Positions 27,363-38,300 of a stretch of DNA of 64,000 nucleotides are shown here, one piece after another. The notes under the pieces are model-generated. The model did not search any database. It was given only the letters and a program-made list of their open reading frames with translations, and was not told the origin of the DNA. Source of the stretch: an uncultured Candidatus Saccharibacteria bacterium (GTDB lineage: Bacteria > Patescibacteriota > CALEFQ01); NCBI GenBank assembly GCA_965230955.1, contig OZ246404.1:988291-1052290 (forward strand). Direction: 5' to 3'. The first letter of the stretch is position 1. Every line of letters begins with the position of its first letter. The position numbers were made by a program, and so were the translations under genes.

Positions 27363-30175
27363 TTCATTGCTCCCCAATTCTCCCCGATCTGCGCATTTAC
27401 CTTCAGAGGAACCGACAATTTCGCCGCCTGCTCCATGGCGTTAGTACATTTTTTCACCACTTCAGTTACTTTGTCTTCTTTCACTTCCAACAATAATTCG
27501 TCATGGACTTGCAATAGCATCCGCGCCTGCCGGCCGTATTCGGTCAAACATTTCGCCACCGCGATCATCGCCAACTTGACAATATCCGAAGCCGTGCCCT
27601 GGATCGGCATATTTATCGCCATACGCTCGGCACTCCCCCGCACGGCGAACTGGGAAGAATTTATTTCCGGCAAATTGCGCCGCCGGCCGAAAAGTGTTTC
27701 CACATAACCGTGCTGTTTGGCGAAAGCCGCCATTTCTTTCATATATTCCTGAACCAGCGGATGTTTGGCGAAATAACGCTCAATGTATTCCTTGGCCTGA
27801 TTCCGCTCCACTTTCAGCGTCTGCGACAGACCGTGGGCGCTCATTCCATACACGATACCAAAATTGACTACTTTGGCAATACGGCGGTCGTTTTTCTCCA
27901 CTTGCGCGAGCGGCTTATTAAAAATCCGGGCCGCCACGGCCGAATGAATATCTTCCCCTTTTCGGAAAGCTTCCTGCAAACCGGGATCGCGGGTGAAATG
28001 AGCTAGCACTCGCAAATCGATCTGGGAGTAATCGAGCGAAATCAATCGGTAGCCAGGCGCGGCGATGAAGGCCCGGCGGATTTTTTGTCCTTCCTCGGAC
28101 TTAATCGGGATGTTTTGAAGATTGGGATTGGATGAAGATAGTCGACCGGTGGCGGTGACGGTCTGATTAAAACTGGTATGCAGACGTCCGGTTTTTTTGT
28201 TGACCAAGCGCGGCAAGGCGTCGAGATAAGTATTTTTTAATTTGGATAATTCCCGATGAATAAAAATCTTATCGACAATTTCGTGCCGACTGCGCAATTT
28301 TTCCAATTCCGAAGCGGCGGTGGAATAGCCGGTTTTCGTTTTCTTGATATCGGCCGTGCCGAGATTCAGCTTGTCGAAAATAATCTTCCGGAGCTGGAGC
28401 GGCGAACCGATGTTGAATTCCTCGCCGGCCAATTTATATATGCTCTGTTCGGCCGTTTTAATGCGATCTTCGAATTCATGGGCCGTCTTAATCAAAATAT
28501 CGCTGTCCAGGCGCACGCCGGCCCGCTCCATTTCGACCAGAATTTCAACCAGCGGCAATTCTATTTTTCGGTAAAGATCGGCTACATTCCACAGCCGGCC
28601 ATCAGCCTGCCGATAGGCGCAAAAAGTTTTGGCTTTCAGCTGGAGCTCGGCCAGCGCCTGTAATTTATTTTTCAAAATTTTGATCAAACGTCCGGTCACT
28701 TCCGCGTCCGCACCGGAATATTCGGCGGCTTTTTGAAGCGGAACTTGGCCAAAACCCAATTGCGTTTTACCTTTGCCGATCAAGGTTTCGATCGGTATCA
28801 TCTCCACGCCCAGCTCGGCAAAAGCCAGCTGGCTTAAATTATGGGCGCGGGTGCCCGGATCAAGCAGATAGGAAATAATCATCGAATCGTCCGCCAAACC
28901 CCGGACCGCCAGGCCGATATTGGCCAGCACCGAGATATCGTATTTGGTATTGTGTCCGCCCTTCGCGATTCGCCCATCGGCCAGAATAGGCTTCAGCCGG
29001 GACCAAACCGTATCGTCGAATGGGACGACATAGTACGCCTGGCCCTCTTCCCAGGAAAAAGAAATCCCGCACAATATTCCGGTCACTTGATCTAGCCGAT
29101 CGGTCTCCGTGTCAAAGACAAAACTTTTCTGTTGCTTCAGCTTCGCTAAAAACTCCGCGAAAGTTTTGGCGTCATTTACCAAAATACATTCCCGTTTGAT
29201 CACCTGTTTTTTTTCGGCAGGTATTTTCAGAACCGGAGGACGCTGTCCCCCCATAGCTCCCGATGCCGCATCGGGAGCGGCGGGGGGCAAATTTTTCAGC
29301 AGGCTCTGAAATTGCAATTGCTGAAATAAATCCACCACTTTCGCCCGATCGTAATTGCGCAAATAGCAATCATCTAATTTCAATTTTATTTCCGGCACAT
29401 CCCGCACCACTCGCGCCAGTTTCTGACTCTGATATGAATCCTGTTCATGATCTATAAGTTTTTGTTTTAATGTACTTTTGACTTTTGATTTTTGACTTTT
29501 GGCTTCTGTATATATTTTCTCCAACGTCCCATATTTCTGCAAAAGCTCGGTCGCCGTCTTCGGCCCAATCCCTTTTACTCCCGGAATATTATCCGAAGCA
29601 TCGCCGGCCAGCGCTTTGTAATCGACCAGCTGCTCCGGTTTTAGCCCATAGCGCTCTTTCACTCCGGCCGTATCATACAGCACGGTGTCGGTCATTCCTT
29701 TTCGGAGCGTAAAAACTTTGGTCTGGCGATCAACCAATTGCAGAGTGTCCATATCACCGGTGACGATTATCGTAGCGGCGCCATCGTCGTATTTTTCATG
29801 CTGGTCGCTCAAGGTCGCCAAAACATCATCGGCTTCAAAGCCGGTTTTTTCATAAATCGGGATATTTAGCGCGCGGACAACTTCCTTAACGCGCGGAATC
29901 TGCCGGTATAGTTCATCCGGGGCCTTTACGCGCTGAGCTTTGTATTCCTTATATATTTTGTCGCGCCAGGTCCCGCCGGGTAGATCAAACGTGACGGCCG
30001 CGTATTCGGGGTGGATTTTGGCCAAGGCTTTGAGCAAAATCATGGTAAAGCCAAAAACCGCGTTGACCACTTCCCCGTCCTTGGTGCGTAAGGTCGGCGG
30101 CAAAGCGTGAAAAGCGCGATGGATCAAAGCATGGCCGTCGACGATCATCAAAATTTTACCGGATTTTTTGGGCAT
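27359..30175 (-). CDS. polA: DNA polymerase I
   Basis: 5'-3' exonuclease N-terminus, 3'-5' exo region and polymerase motifs (DYSQIDLRVLAH, QVHDELLLE). Confidence 0.95.
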   Translation of the reverse strand: MPKKSGKILMIVDGHALIHRAFHALPPTLRTKDGEVVNAVFGFTMILLKALAKIHPEYAAVTFDLPGGTWRDKIYKEYKAQRVKAPDELYRQIPRVKEVVRALNIPIYEKTGFEADDVLATLSDQHEKYDDGAATIIVTGDMDTLQLVDRQTKVFTLRKGMTDTVLYDTAGVKERYGLKPEQLVDYKALAGDASDNIPGVKGIGPKTATELLQKYGTLEKIYTEAKSQKSKVKSTLKQKLIDHEQDSYQSQKLARVVRDVPEIKLKLDDCYLRNYDRAKVVDLFQQLQFQSLLKNLPPAAPDAASGAMGGQRPPVLKIPAEKKQVIKRECILVNDAKTFAEFLAKLKQQKSFVFDTETDRLDQVTGILCGISFSWEEGQAYYVVPFDDTVWSRLKPILADGRIAKGGHNTKYDISVLANIGLAVRGLADDSMIISYLLDPGTRAHNLSQLAFAELGVEMIPIETLIGKGKTQLGFGQVPLQKAAEYSGADAEVTGRLIKILKNKLQALAELQLKAKTFCAYRQADGRLWNVADLYRKIELPLVEILVEMERAGVRLDSDILIKTAHEFEDRIKTAEQSIYKLAGEEFNIGSPLQLRKIIFDKLNLGTADIKKTKTGYSTAASELEKLRSRHEIVDKIFIHRELSKLKNTYLDALPRLVNKKTGRLHTSFNQTVTATGRLSSSNPNLQNIPIKSEEGQKIRRAFIAAPGYRLISLDYSQIDLRVLAHFTRDPGLQEAFRKGEDIHSAVAARIFNKPLAQVEKNDRRIAKVVNFGIVYGMSAHGLSQTLKVERNQAKEYIERYFAKHPLVQEYMKEMAAFAKQHGYVETLFGRRRNLPEINSSQFAVRGSAERMAINMPIQGTASDIVKLAMIAVAKCLTEYGRQARMLLQVHDELLLEVKEDKVTEVVKKCTNAMEQAAKLSVPLKVNAQIGENWGAMK

Positions 30176-30455
30176 ATATGCATTTTAACACGAACACCCG
30201 AATTGTAAAAAACATATCACACTTGATTAATTTCAGCTGGGGGTCTGGGGGGCATTCAGGAGCCATAATAGAAATTACCGAGTAAACTTCAATGATGGCG
30301 ACTTTATACCCCCGAGCCTTTTTGCCTGCCTGCCGGCAGGCAGGGTGACTTTTTGGTTACAAAAAGTAACTACGCCCTAGCGTAACTCTTATAAACTAAA
30401 GCAGCGAGGCTAAAAAGTCCTCACTGCTTAGAAATATCAGATACTAGCGATATTT

Positions 30456-33248
30456 TTACGGAGTCGTATTGGCTTTTTTCGGAGTCGCGGTGGCCGTCGG
30501 GGTCGGGATCGGCGTCACTCTGGGAGTGGCGGACGGAACCGGCGTCTCGGGCTGATCCAACTCGGTCCCGGTCGGGACCGGACGCCCGGACTCTACCGGC
30601 TCGGTCTGTTTGGGAATCTCTTGTTCCACGGTGGTCGGCTTTTTGCCTTCCAGTTCATCTATCTTGCTTTGGATACTCTTATTACCCGGATTTAGCTCCA
30701 GGACTTTCTTGAACATTTCCAAGGCTTTGTCTTTTTCGTTGCGTTGCAGGTATATCAGCCCCATGCTATAGAGCGCATTGGAATATTTATCGTTGTTTTC
30801 CAGAATTCTTTGGAAGATCTTTTCGGCCTCATCGTATTTTTTGTCGTTGTAGAGAATCCGGCCCATCTCGTAGGCGGCGTCGATATTATCTGGCGCCAGC
30901 AACAGCGCAATCTGCATTTCTTTGAGCGCGCCGGCGCGGTCGCCTTTTTTGTCCAAGGTCTGCGCCAACGAGAGATGAGCATCGAAATAATTTTGTTTCA
31001 ATTCAATGCCGCGATTGAATTTTTCGATCGCCAAATTGAGCAATTGCTCCGCTTCACCGGTCTTTTCCGGAGAGATGGTCGCATTTTTGTCCGCTTCACC
31101 TTTTTCTTGGGCCTGTTTCAGGGCTTGCTCCGCTTCGAGGATTACATGATCGCTCTTGATGACATAGGCTTTGCCCTGCATCACGACCGGAATGGGATTA
31201 TTCGGATCCAGTTCAATCGCCTTGTTGTATGAATCGATGATCCATTCATCCGCCCCGCGCACATAGAGGCCAGCGTTTTGGTAAATCGAAGCCAGGAATT
31301 CCCAACTGGCGACATTGCTGGGCTCGACCGTCTGGGCGGTTCGAGCGGCATCGATACCGAGTTTGACGGCGTTGCTGACATAGTTGATGTCAGGAGTTTC
31401 TTTGACGGCTTCCTTGTTCGCCTGGGCCATGAAAGTCTGAGCGGCGCCGCGGTGGTAAACCGCGCGGGATTTATTCAGAGTGGCGGCGGCGACAAAATCA
31501 TTCAGTGCGCCTTCCAAATCTTCGCCTTTGGCCAGTTTTTCCTGGCCGCTACGGTAATTAATATCCGCCAAATACATCTTGCCGACAAAATAGAAAGCGA
31601 CAATACCACCGATCAGTACGACCAGGAAGATGAAAGAAGTGATCAAAGCGACTTGCGGCGAATTGGCGAAGGACCAGCGTTTTTCCTTGGCGGCAGATTC
31701 CGAAGTTTTCAGATTAAGGATGGCCGCGATCGTGAACGCCATCAAAATCCACCAGAGAAAACTGAGCGTGGTATTGAAAAAGTAGAAAAAGCTGATGACG
31801 GTCAGACCCACCCAGGCGGAAAAAGGAGCCAGGAGCAGCGCCCATTTGTTTTCATCTTTTTCCCGCATCAATTGTTTGATCGCTTCCCAGACAGTCAGCA
31901 CCATGATCAAAGCCAGCAAGCCGGTGCCAATGACACCGATAGTGGCCAGGGAGTTGAAAAATTGGGTGCCGGCTTTGTCGAATCTCATACTCCAGAGAAT
32001 GGTGTCGTTGAATTGAACCGGGCGGTATTGGGTGAAATCCTGGAAAAATGTTTCCGGACCACTACCGAGCAGAGGTTTTTGCCCTATCGTGGCTCGATCG
32101 ATATCCCAAGAAATCGGACGGCCGAGAGAAAGCTCAGTCGGTAAATTGAGCTTGAAGAGGCCGGCGGTCGGGATCAGCAGAAAAGCGACGCCGAGCGCCA
32201 AGAAAACCAGCGGTAGCCAAGCCACGGCTTTCTTTTCTTTCATTTGCGGCATCCGCGTCACCACGATCGCGAAAATCATGATCATGGACGCAATCAGAGT
32301 AATCCAGCCGATCGAAATGGAAAGCAAGAAAAGAATGACGACGCCGAGAATCGAGGCAACGACACAGATAATTTTCCAAATTTTGTTTTCCCGCAAAGCC
32401 AGAACCACAATCGCGCCCGCACCCGCCGCCAGGAAAATCGACAGCATGGTGATCGACCCGCCCACTAAATTGAAAGCCGGGGTTTTGGCGAATTCCCAGG
32501 GCCAGATAAATACGCCCAGGATCTGAAGCAGGCTGGTCACCGCGACAATCAGGTAGCCGACAACGAAAGTGCGCAGGTATTCCTGCAGAGCCGTGAGCGA
32601 TTTGACGTTATTGAGCGCCACAAAAAACAAAATAACCAGCGCGGCAATTTCCACGAAACCGCCGTTGAAACGACCGTAAAAACCGAAGAAACTGGAAAAC
32701 ATATCCAGTGAAAAAAGCGTCGACGCCAAATAAAGAGCGAGGTAAACCAAAATAGGAATGGTCACCAGTGTTTTGGCCAGCGTCACTTGCTTGGCAATGA
32801 TAATTTTTACCAGCCAGAGCAGGAAAGCCACCACCGCCAGAATATAGAGCGCCGTCTGCTTGCTCAATTCAAAAGCTTCAAAGGTCAGCGGCGTGAAAAG
32901 CAGAGGGATGATCAGAAGAGCGAGATGCAAACAGACTTTGATTCCGCGATCGCACCAATTGGTTTTGGGAGAATCAGCGGGATCTGGCGGGTTTGCTTTT
33001 TCCGAGCGAATGACCTTTGGCGCTTCCGGTCTCGGACTTGATTCCTGATTATCTTTCTTTTTGAACCAGGCGAAAAAATCCGCCTTGTTTTTATCTTTTT
33101 TGTTTTCGGCAGAAGGCGCGACCGGGGTATCGACCACCGGTGATTTGTCGGCCACCATATCCATGGAACCTTTGGGTCGATTGGAAACCGTCGCATCGCC
33201 GACGCGAACTTTGACCGATTCGCCTTCGGAATTGAGTCTTTTGGCCAT
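30456..33248 (-). CDS. Wzy_C/O-antigen-ligase-like (PglL/WaaL-type) polytopic membrane protein with C-terminal TPR repeats
   Basis: Low-complexity N-terminus, ~12 TM helices with an LLGSGPETFFQDF periplasmic loop (GxGxxxF, Wzy_C-like), then at least 6 TPR repeats and a Pro/Thr-rich tail. Confidence 0.5.
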   Translation of the reverse strand: MAKRLNSEGESVKVRVGDATVSNRPKGSMDMVADKSPVVDTPVAPSAENKKDKNKADFFAWFKKKDNQESSPRPEAPKVIRSEKANPPDPADSPKTNWCDRGIKVCLHLALLIIPLLFTPLTFEAFELSKQTALYILAVVAFLLWLVKIIIAKQVTLAKTLVTIPILVYLALYLASTLFSLDMFSSFFGFYGRFNGGFVEIAALVILFFVALNNVKSLTALQEYLRTFVVGYLIVAVTSLLQILGVFIWPWEFAKTPAFNLVGGSITMLSIFLAAGAGAIVVLALRENKIWKIICVVASILGVVILFLLSISIGWITLIASMIMIFAIVVTRMPQMKEKKAVAWLPLVFLALGVAFLLIPTAGLFKLNLPTELSLGRPISWDIDRATIGQKPLLGSGPETFFQDFTQYRPVQFNDTILWSMRFDKAGTQFFNSLATIGVIGTGLLALIMVLTVWEAIKQLMREKDENKWALLLAPFSAWVGLTVISFFYFFNTTLSFLWWILMAFTIAAILNLKTSESAAKEKRWSFANSPQVALITSFIFLVVLIGGIVAFYFVGKMYLADINYRSGQEKLAKGEDLEGALNDFVAAATLNKSRAVYHRGAAQTFMAQANKEAVKETPDINYVSNAVKLGIDAARTAQTVEPSNVASWEFLASIYQNAGLYVRGADEWIIDSYNKAIELDPNNPIPVVMQGKAYVIKSDHVILEAEQALKQAQEKGEADKNATISPEKTGEAEQLLNLAIEKFNRGIELKQNYFDAHLSLAQTLDKKGDRAGALKEMQIALLLAPDNIDAAYEMGRILYNDKKYDEAEKIFQRILENNDKYSNALYSMGLIYLQRNEKDKALEMFKKVLELNPGNKSIQSKIDELEGKKPTTVEQEIPKQTEPVESGRPVPTGTELDQPETPVPSATPRVTPIPTPTATATPKKANTTP

Positions 33249-33434
33249 ATTTGTGTGTTATTTTTAGACAAACATAAAACTTGGTCTTTGAATATAATAG
33301 CACATTATTGCAGTAAAGAACAAATCGATGCTTCCTATCTCGAAATATTCGCTCTTGACAATATTGTAAAAATAAGGTAATACTGCGCTATAACGTGCTC
33401 TTTGAAAAAATTCCATCATGATAGGAGGTCATTG

Positions 33435-35117
33435 ATGAAAAAGGAAAATATAGGGATAATTCTTAGTTTGATGTTTCTGATTGTAGCAATCTTGGCCCCT
33501 CCCTACATATGCGTCGATGATGCTATAATCACCGCTCGTTACGCCCTTAACTGGGTAAACGGGCACGGTCTTGTTTCTCGGCCGGGAGACCCTCGAGTGG
33601 AAGGGTTCTCCAATCCAACTTTGATATTAGCTACTGCCCTGTTCGCCAAAATTATGGGAGTGCAAACAATCTGGAACTGTATGAAAAGCATGCTGGTGAT
33701 CAACTTGATAGCCGCCGGACTAACACTTTGGTTGATTAGTCGGTGGGGACTGCGCGAAAAGCGTTCCTATTGGTGGCTTCCCGCGCTGGCGCTGATAATT
33801 TTTCCACCCTTCTTTCTGGAAACCAAAAACGGCATGGAAACAGCTCTGTACATGTTCTTCCTCACAGCGCTGGTGATGTGCCTGACCCGGCGTTTCTACC
33901 GCACAGCCGTCATCTGCGCCATCGCTCTGTCGTGGTCACGACCGGAAGGTGTAATCATTTCCGGACTGATCTGGCTGAGCGCCCTGGTTCCGATTGTGCG
34001 TCAATCCGGCTGGGCCTGTTATCGGCGCTGGAGCCTCATGATCCTACTGGGTATATTGTCTCTGTTTGCCTGGCGGGTCATGTACTTTCATCAGGGCATC
34101 ATAACAAGCATTTATGATCTCTTTCCGATCACCGTTCAAGCCAAAAGTCATACCGGCAATATCTGGAACACCGCTACTTTTGGGCTGGCCTACTTGTGGC
34201 AAGGCTTGATTCTATCCCCGATCTTGGGCCTATTGCTCTTGTTTACCGGGAGAAGAATCATCCGAGAAAAATCCTGGATTGAAGCGGTAGCGATATCAGC
34301 CCAACTGGCTTTTATCACCGGTGTCGGCGGAGACCTCCACTACTTCGGCCCATATCGTTTTCTGATGCCGATCTTCCCCTTTCTCTTCCGCTCTATTTCC
34401 CTGGACTGGATAGAGCTGAAAAAGCCCGCTCTCCGACGCGCTGTCTGTGGCTTGTGCTTGCTGACTGCCTTCACCCCATTTAGGCACAATGACCAACCGG
34501 AAATAAAAATTGGTTGGTGCGATCAAATAGAGTGGCTCCTCTATGAACCGGTGGAAACAATAGTTTGGTTTTTGTACTACCCCTTGGGGACACAGCAACA
34601 TCCGGAATTATTCATCGGCGAGGCACTGACCGAACTGGTCAAGCCGGAATACCGAGCGACCGTTACCGTGACTTGCAATCAAGCCGGCGCGTTTGCCACG
34701 ACCTGCCCCGGGAAATTTATCGATATTTTCGGGCTAGTATCACCGGAATACTCCTCTCTCCCATTCGGGCCGGAAAAAGAAGCCTACTGGCTCAAACATC
34801 CGACCGACATATTGGTGAATTTCGCCAGGAAAGACAAACAAGGCAATACTAGCGACTACCACTTTGTTAGAACCGAGGGACTAACAAAATTGGGATACTT
34901 CCCCGTCTGCCAAATCCAAATTCGATACTGCGACATAAACATAAGAAAAAAATTTATTGGAAGCGACATCGTCTATTTCCTGTGCTTCATCCGCGATCCG
35001 GCCATCATTGATTTTGACAAACTTCGGGAAAAAACAAAGTACCAAGTCTGGACAAATCACGATGACGAAACCGGAGTCATCAAGAAGGTTGTTCCGGTGA
35101 TTGAATTTCTGGAATAG
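33435..35117 (+). CDS. GT-C fold membrane glycosyltransferase (PMT/ArnT-like)
   Basis: AGGAGG RBS 5 nt before the ATG at 33435; first extracytoplasmic loop VDDAIITARYALNWV resembles the GT39/GT83 DD/DE...RYA catalytic loop; ~11 TM helices plus a C-terminal soluble domain. Confidence 0.45.
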   Translation: MKKENIGIILSLMFLIVAILAPPYICVDDAIITARYALNWVNGHGLVSRPGDPRVEGFSNPTLILATALFAKIMGVQTIWNCMKSMLVINLIAAGLTLWLISRWGLREKRSYWWLPALALIIFPPFFLETKNGMETALYMFFLTALVMCLTRRFYRTAVICAIALSWSRPEGVIISGLIWLSALVPIVRQSGWACYRRWSLMILLGILSLFAWRVMYFHQGIITSIYDLFPITVQAKSHTGNIWNTATFGLAYLWQGLILSPILGLLLLFTGRRIIREKSWIEAVAISAQLAFITGVGGDLHYFGPYRFLMPIFPFLFRSISLDWIELKKPALRRAVCGLCLLTAFTPFRHNDQPEIKIGWCDQIEWLLYEPVETIVWFLYYPLGTQQHPELFIGEALTELVKPEYRATVTVTCNQAGAFATTCPGKFIDIFGLVSPEYSSLPFGPEKEAYWLKHPTDILVNFARKDKQGNTSDYHFVRTEGLTKLGYFPVCQIQIRYCDINIRKKFIGSDIVYFLCFIRDPAIIDFDKLREKTKYQVWTNHDDETGVIKKVVPVIEFLE

Positions 35118-35150
35118 CCTGTGACTACAGCCTCTCTCCTAAACCGTTTC

Positions 35151-35185
35151 CCCGCGATTGAAAATTATCAATCGCGGGTTTTTAT
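35151..35185 (+). terminator. intrinsic terminator
   Basis: CCCGCGATTGAAAATTATCAATCGCGGG followed by a T-run. Confidence 0.6.
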
Positions 35186-35189
35186 TTTT

Positions 35190-35330
35190 CAAGTAACAGG
35201 TATCAGGTAACAAGTATCAGGGAACAAGTAACAAAAAACAACCATTACTCTTAATTTTGCTCATATGTAATGGCTGTTATTCCAATTTGTTCCCTGTTAC
35301 CTGATACCTGTTACTTGTTAATTGATCACC
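35190..35330. repeat. (GTAACAR)n/(GTATCAG)n inverted-repeat element
   Basis: ~45-bp arms around a 50-bp spacer carrying its own CCATTAC/GTAATGG hairpin; lies between convergent gene ends. Confidence 0.8.
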
Positions 35331-38300
35331 AGCCAGTTCACCGGCAAATCGACCGGAGCCGGTTTCCCGTCGTTAGTCGAAATCACAAATCCCTGCCCCG
35401 CCCGTTTCTCTTTTACTTTTACGCCGGTATTGGCGTCATTGGAACTTTCGATCGTCAGGAAAATTCGGCTCGCCGCCGTCACGGAATTATTCGGGACGAA
35501 AATTTCCGACTTGTTGCCGGGGAGTGTCACACTACCAATCGCTTTATTTTCGCCTTCTTGGATTTCGATATCGCCGGCCGTGACTTTCTGGAAGACGGCT
35601 TCACCGAGACTGTCGATATGCCAAGTGGCGTTATTCGACCAAAGTGAAGAAGCTTTGAGCGTGCCGGCGATATCAATATCTCCGCCAATGGTAACTTTAC
35701 CGGTAATACCCAGATCGCCGACGACTTGTCCGGCCTGGAGCGCACCACTTTGACCGGTGCCGGCAGTCAGAGTTTCCAATTGTTTTTTGATATTGGTAAT
35801 CTCTTCGTTCATATCCACGATGGCCGCTTCTTGTTCCTTGGCCGATTGAATCAGCGGAGTGACCAAATTTCCATAAGAAACCGTTTCGGGCCGGCCCTGG
35901 GCGTCATAGCTGACATACGCCGGATTGACTTGTTGGACTTCTTCGGCGATCAGACCTTCCTGCTTGGCGCCGGGATATTTTTTGTATTCAAATGATACCG
36001 GGCGTAATTGATACAGCCAGGCGATATTATTTATATTTTTCACATTGTTCTTGTAGCGCAGGGAAGAAGAAACATAACCGATTGTACCGGCATTATCGAC
36101 ATACAGATCGCGATTGGTCACGCCTACCGTATCGCTGTAAGTCCCGACGGAATTAATAGAATCTACCGTCGCCCCGGCATCGATGTATAGGCCGTATTCG
36201 ATATAGTCTTCCGGATCGAGCCAAGCGACATAATCCGTCCCGCTATTACTGGCTTCATCCACCGCGATCGAAAGTCCCATATCATTACCGGCCGCCGCCG
36301 CATTCACGTCAATCGAGACTCCGTAATCCGCTGCGGCTCCGCCGGTAGTGACCAAGAAAGTACCGCCCGTATTCCCCAACGCCGCGCCGGTCGCCAATCC
36401 CACAACGCCGATATTGTAGCCAAGGCTGGTTTGGTCTACCAACCCGCCGATACCATTGAAATGAACGGTGCTATTGTAAGTGATATTGCCCCCCTGTGTT
36501 CCCACAACGCCATAGAGATCACTATTGCTATAGGAATCCCCGGCGGTTCCCCCCACCCAGCCGTTAACACCGGCGATAAAATTCGTCCCGGAATCTGTCG
36601 TCACCGTCCCTTGATTATAGAAACCAACATTGAGGACATCCATCCCGGCAGTGACATCTTTTAGTGTATAGCCATCTTTGTTGCCCAAAATAAATTTACC
36701 GGCATGATTTTCGGCATAGACGCCATTATAATCAAGTGACGCATCTAATCCGAGATAACCGGACATACCCAAAGCTTCATCAGTATCATACGTAGTATGC
36801 ACTGAAGCCGTCAGCATAGCAGCTTTAACCCCGATAGTTGATTTACCATCATTAGCAGTCCCGGGATTTCCTTGTACGCCTATTTTGTTACCGGTCACTG
36901 CCGACAATACGTCGAAATAACCACCCCAATTTGATCCTGACCCACTTTCAGCTGATCCATAGATAGCAACATTTTGGTTAGTATTATTACTGGCCCGGCC
37001 ATACACACCGGTATTATATCCCGCCGCCCCGGCACCGTTGGAATTTCCGGTTATGCCGGCGATAGTATCGGCAGTCGCCAGAGTACTGGAATTGACCGCG
37101 TAAAGAGCGGACTGATAATCACCGGCATTATAAGTAGATAGAAAATCAAATTGTGCGCCGTATTGTAAATTACTCGCATGGTCATACAAATCCAGCTTAT
37201 AAGAAGGCGTCGTATCACCGATTCCAACATAGCCACCATCAAAGATACCGGCATAATTAGCCGTGCCACCCGAGGCTGTAGCATAAACAGCCGTATTACT
37301 GGTTCCGGCACCAGTAACTGAACTGTAAACACCATATTTGGTACCAGAAGCCCCCGTTTCAGAAATATTGATTCCCCGACCACTCGCACTGGCATCAGCA
37401 ATATTCATGCCATAGGCAGCATTGGCAGCAACACCAAATCCGCCGCGAGTAGCTCGTAAGTAGCCATCAGTGGTCTCGGCTGTGCCCACCCCTAGTCCAC
37501 CGGTCACATACGCATCACCCGAAACATATAATGGATAAGTGGCGTTATGAGCAATATTGACTCCAATATATCTAAAATCAGCGTCGCGGTCAGTATATAT
37601 AGTCGCCACGCCCCCCATGAACAAAGTATTAACGATATTCACATTACCACTGTCGAAATACCCGGCCCAGTTGGTCGTCCCGCCGGAAGCGGTGCCGTAG
37701 ATTCCATAATTTGTGGCATTCCCCGTGCCCGAACCATATACACCATAACTGGCGACAGAAGAGCGACTGGTCGCTCCATAAACACCATACTGGGTCGCCG
37801 CCCGATCAATTGAGGCATAAAGGCCATAATTAACTGTCGCCGAGCCCGGAACCGAAAGATAAATACCATAATTAGTCCCGGTCGCGCCGGTTTGTTCGAT
37901 ATTGATTCCGCGCCCGTCGGCACTGGCCTCGGCCACATTTATACCATAAGCGGCATTAGCGGCCACGCCAATCCCGGCTCGGCTCGCCCGCAAGTAACCA
38001 TCAGTAGCTTCAGCGGTGCCGACACCAAGCCCGCCGACAATAAAAGCATCGCCATCGGCATAAATTGATTGGGTCGTCCCGCCGATCACATATAGGCCGT
38101 ATTCGGCATTGGCTCCCGCCTGGAAAAATCCGGCATAATCGGTACCGGCGGCACCCGTGACATTAAAACGCCCGCCGTAATTGCTCCCCGTGGCGCCGGA
38201 AGACACACCGTAAACACCGTAGTTTTCCGTGCCGGTATTCGATGCTGTTCCGTAGACTCCATAATTATCCGTCGCAGCGGCTCCGGCGACGGAGAAATAT

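Noticed and set aside
31278-32144. 288-aa + strand ORF antisense to the Wzy_C/TPR gene
   Set aside because: Sits entirely antisense within a well-supported membrane-protein gene, with low-complexity translation and no RBS. The same applies to other long antisense ORFs in the track: 59600..60562, 21616..22191, 9873..10352, 6229..6699 and those inside the giant gene.
33402-33434. N-terminal extension MKKFHHDRRSL of the GT-C glycosyltransferase
   Set aside because: A strong AGGAGG RBS is positioned for the downstream ATG at 33435 (MKKENIG...).
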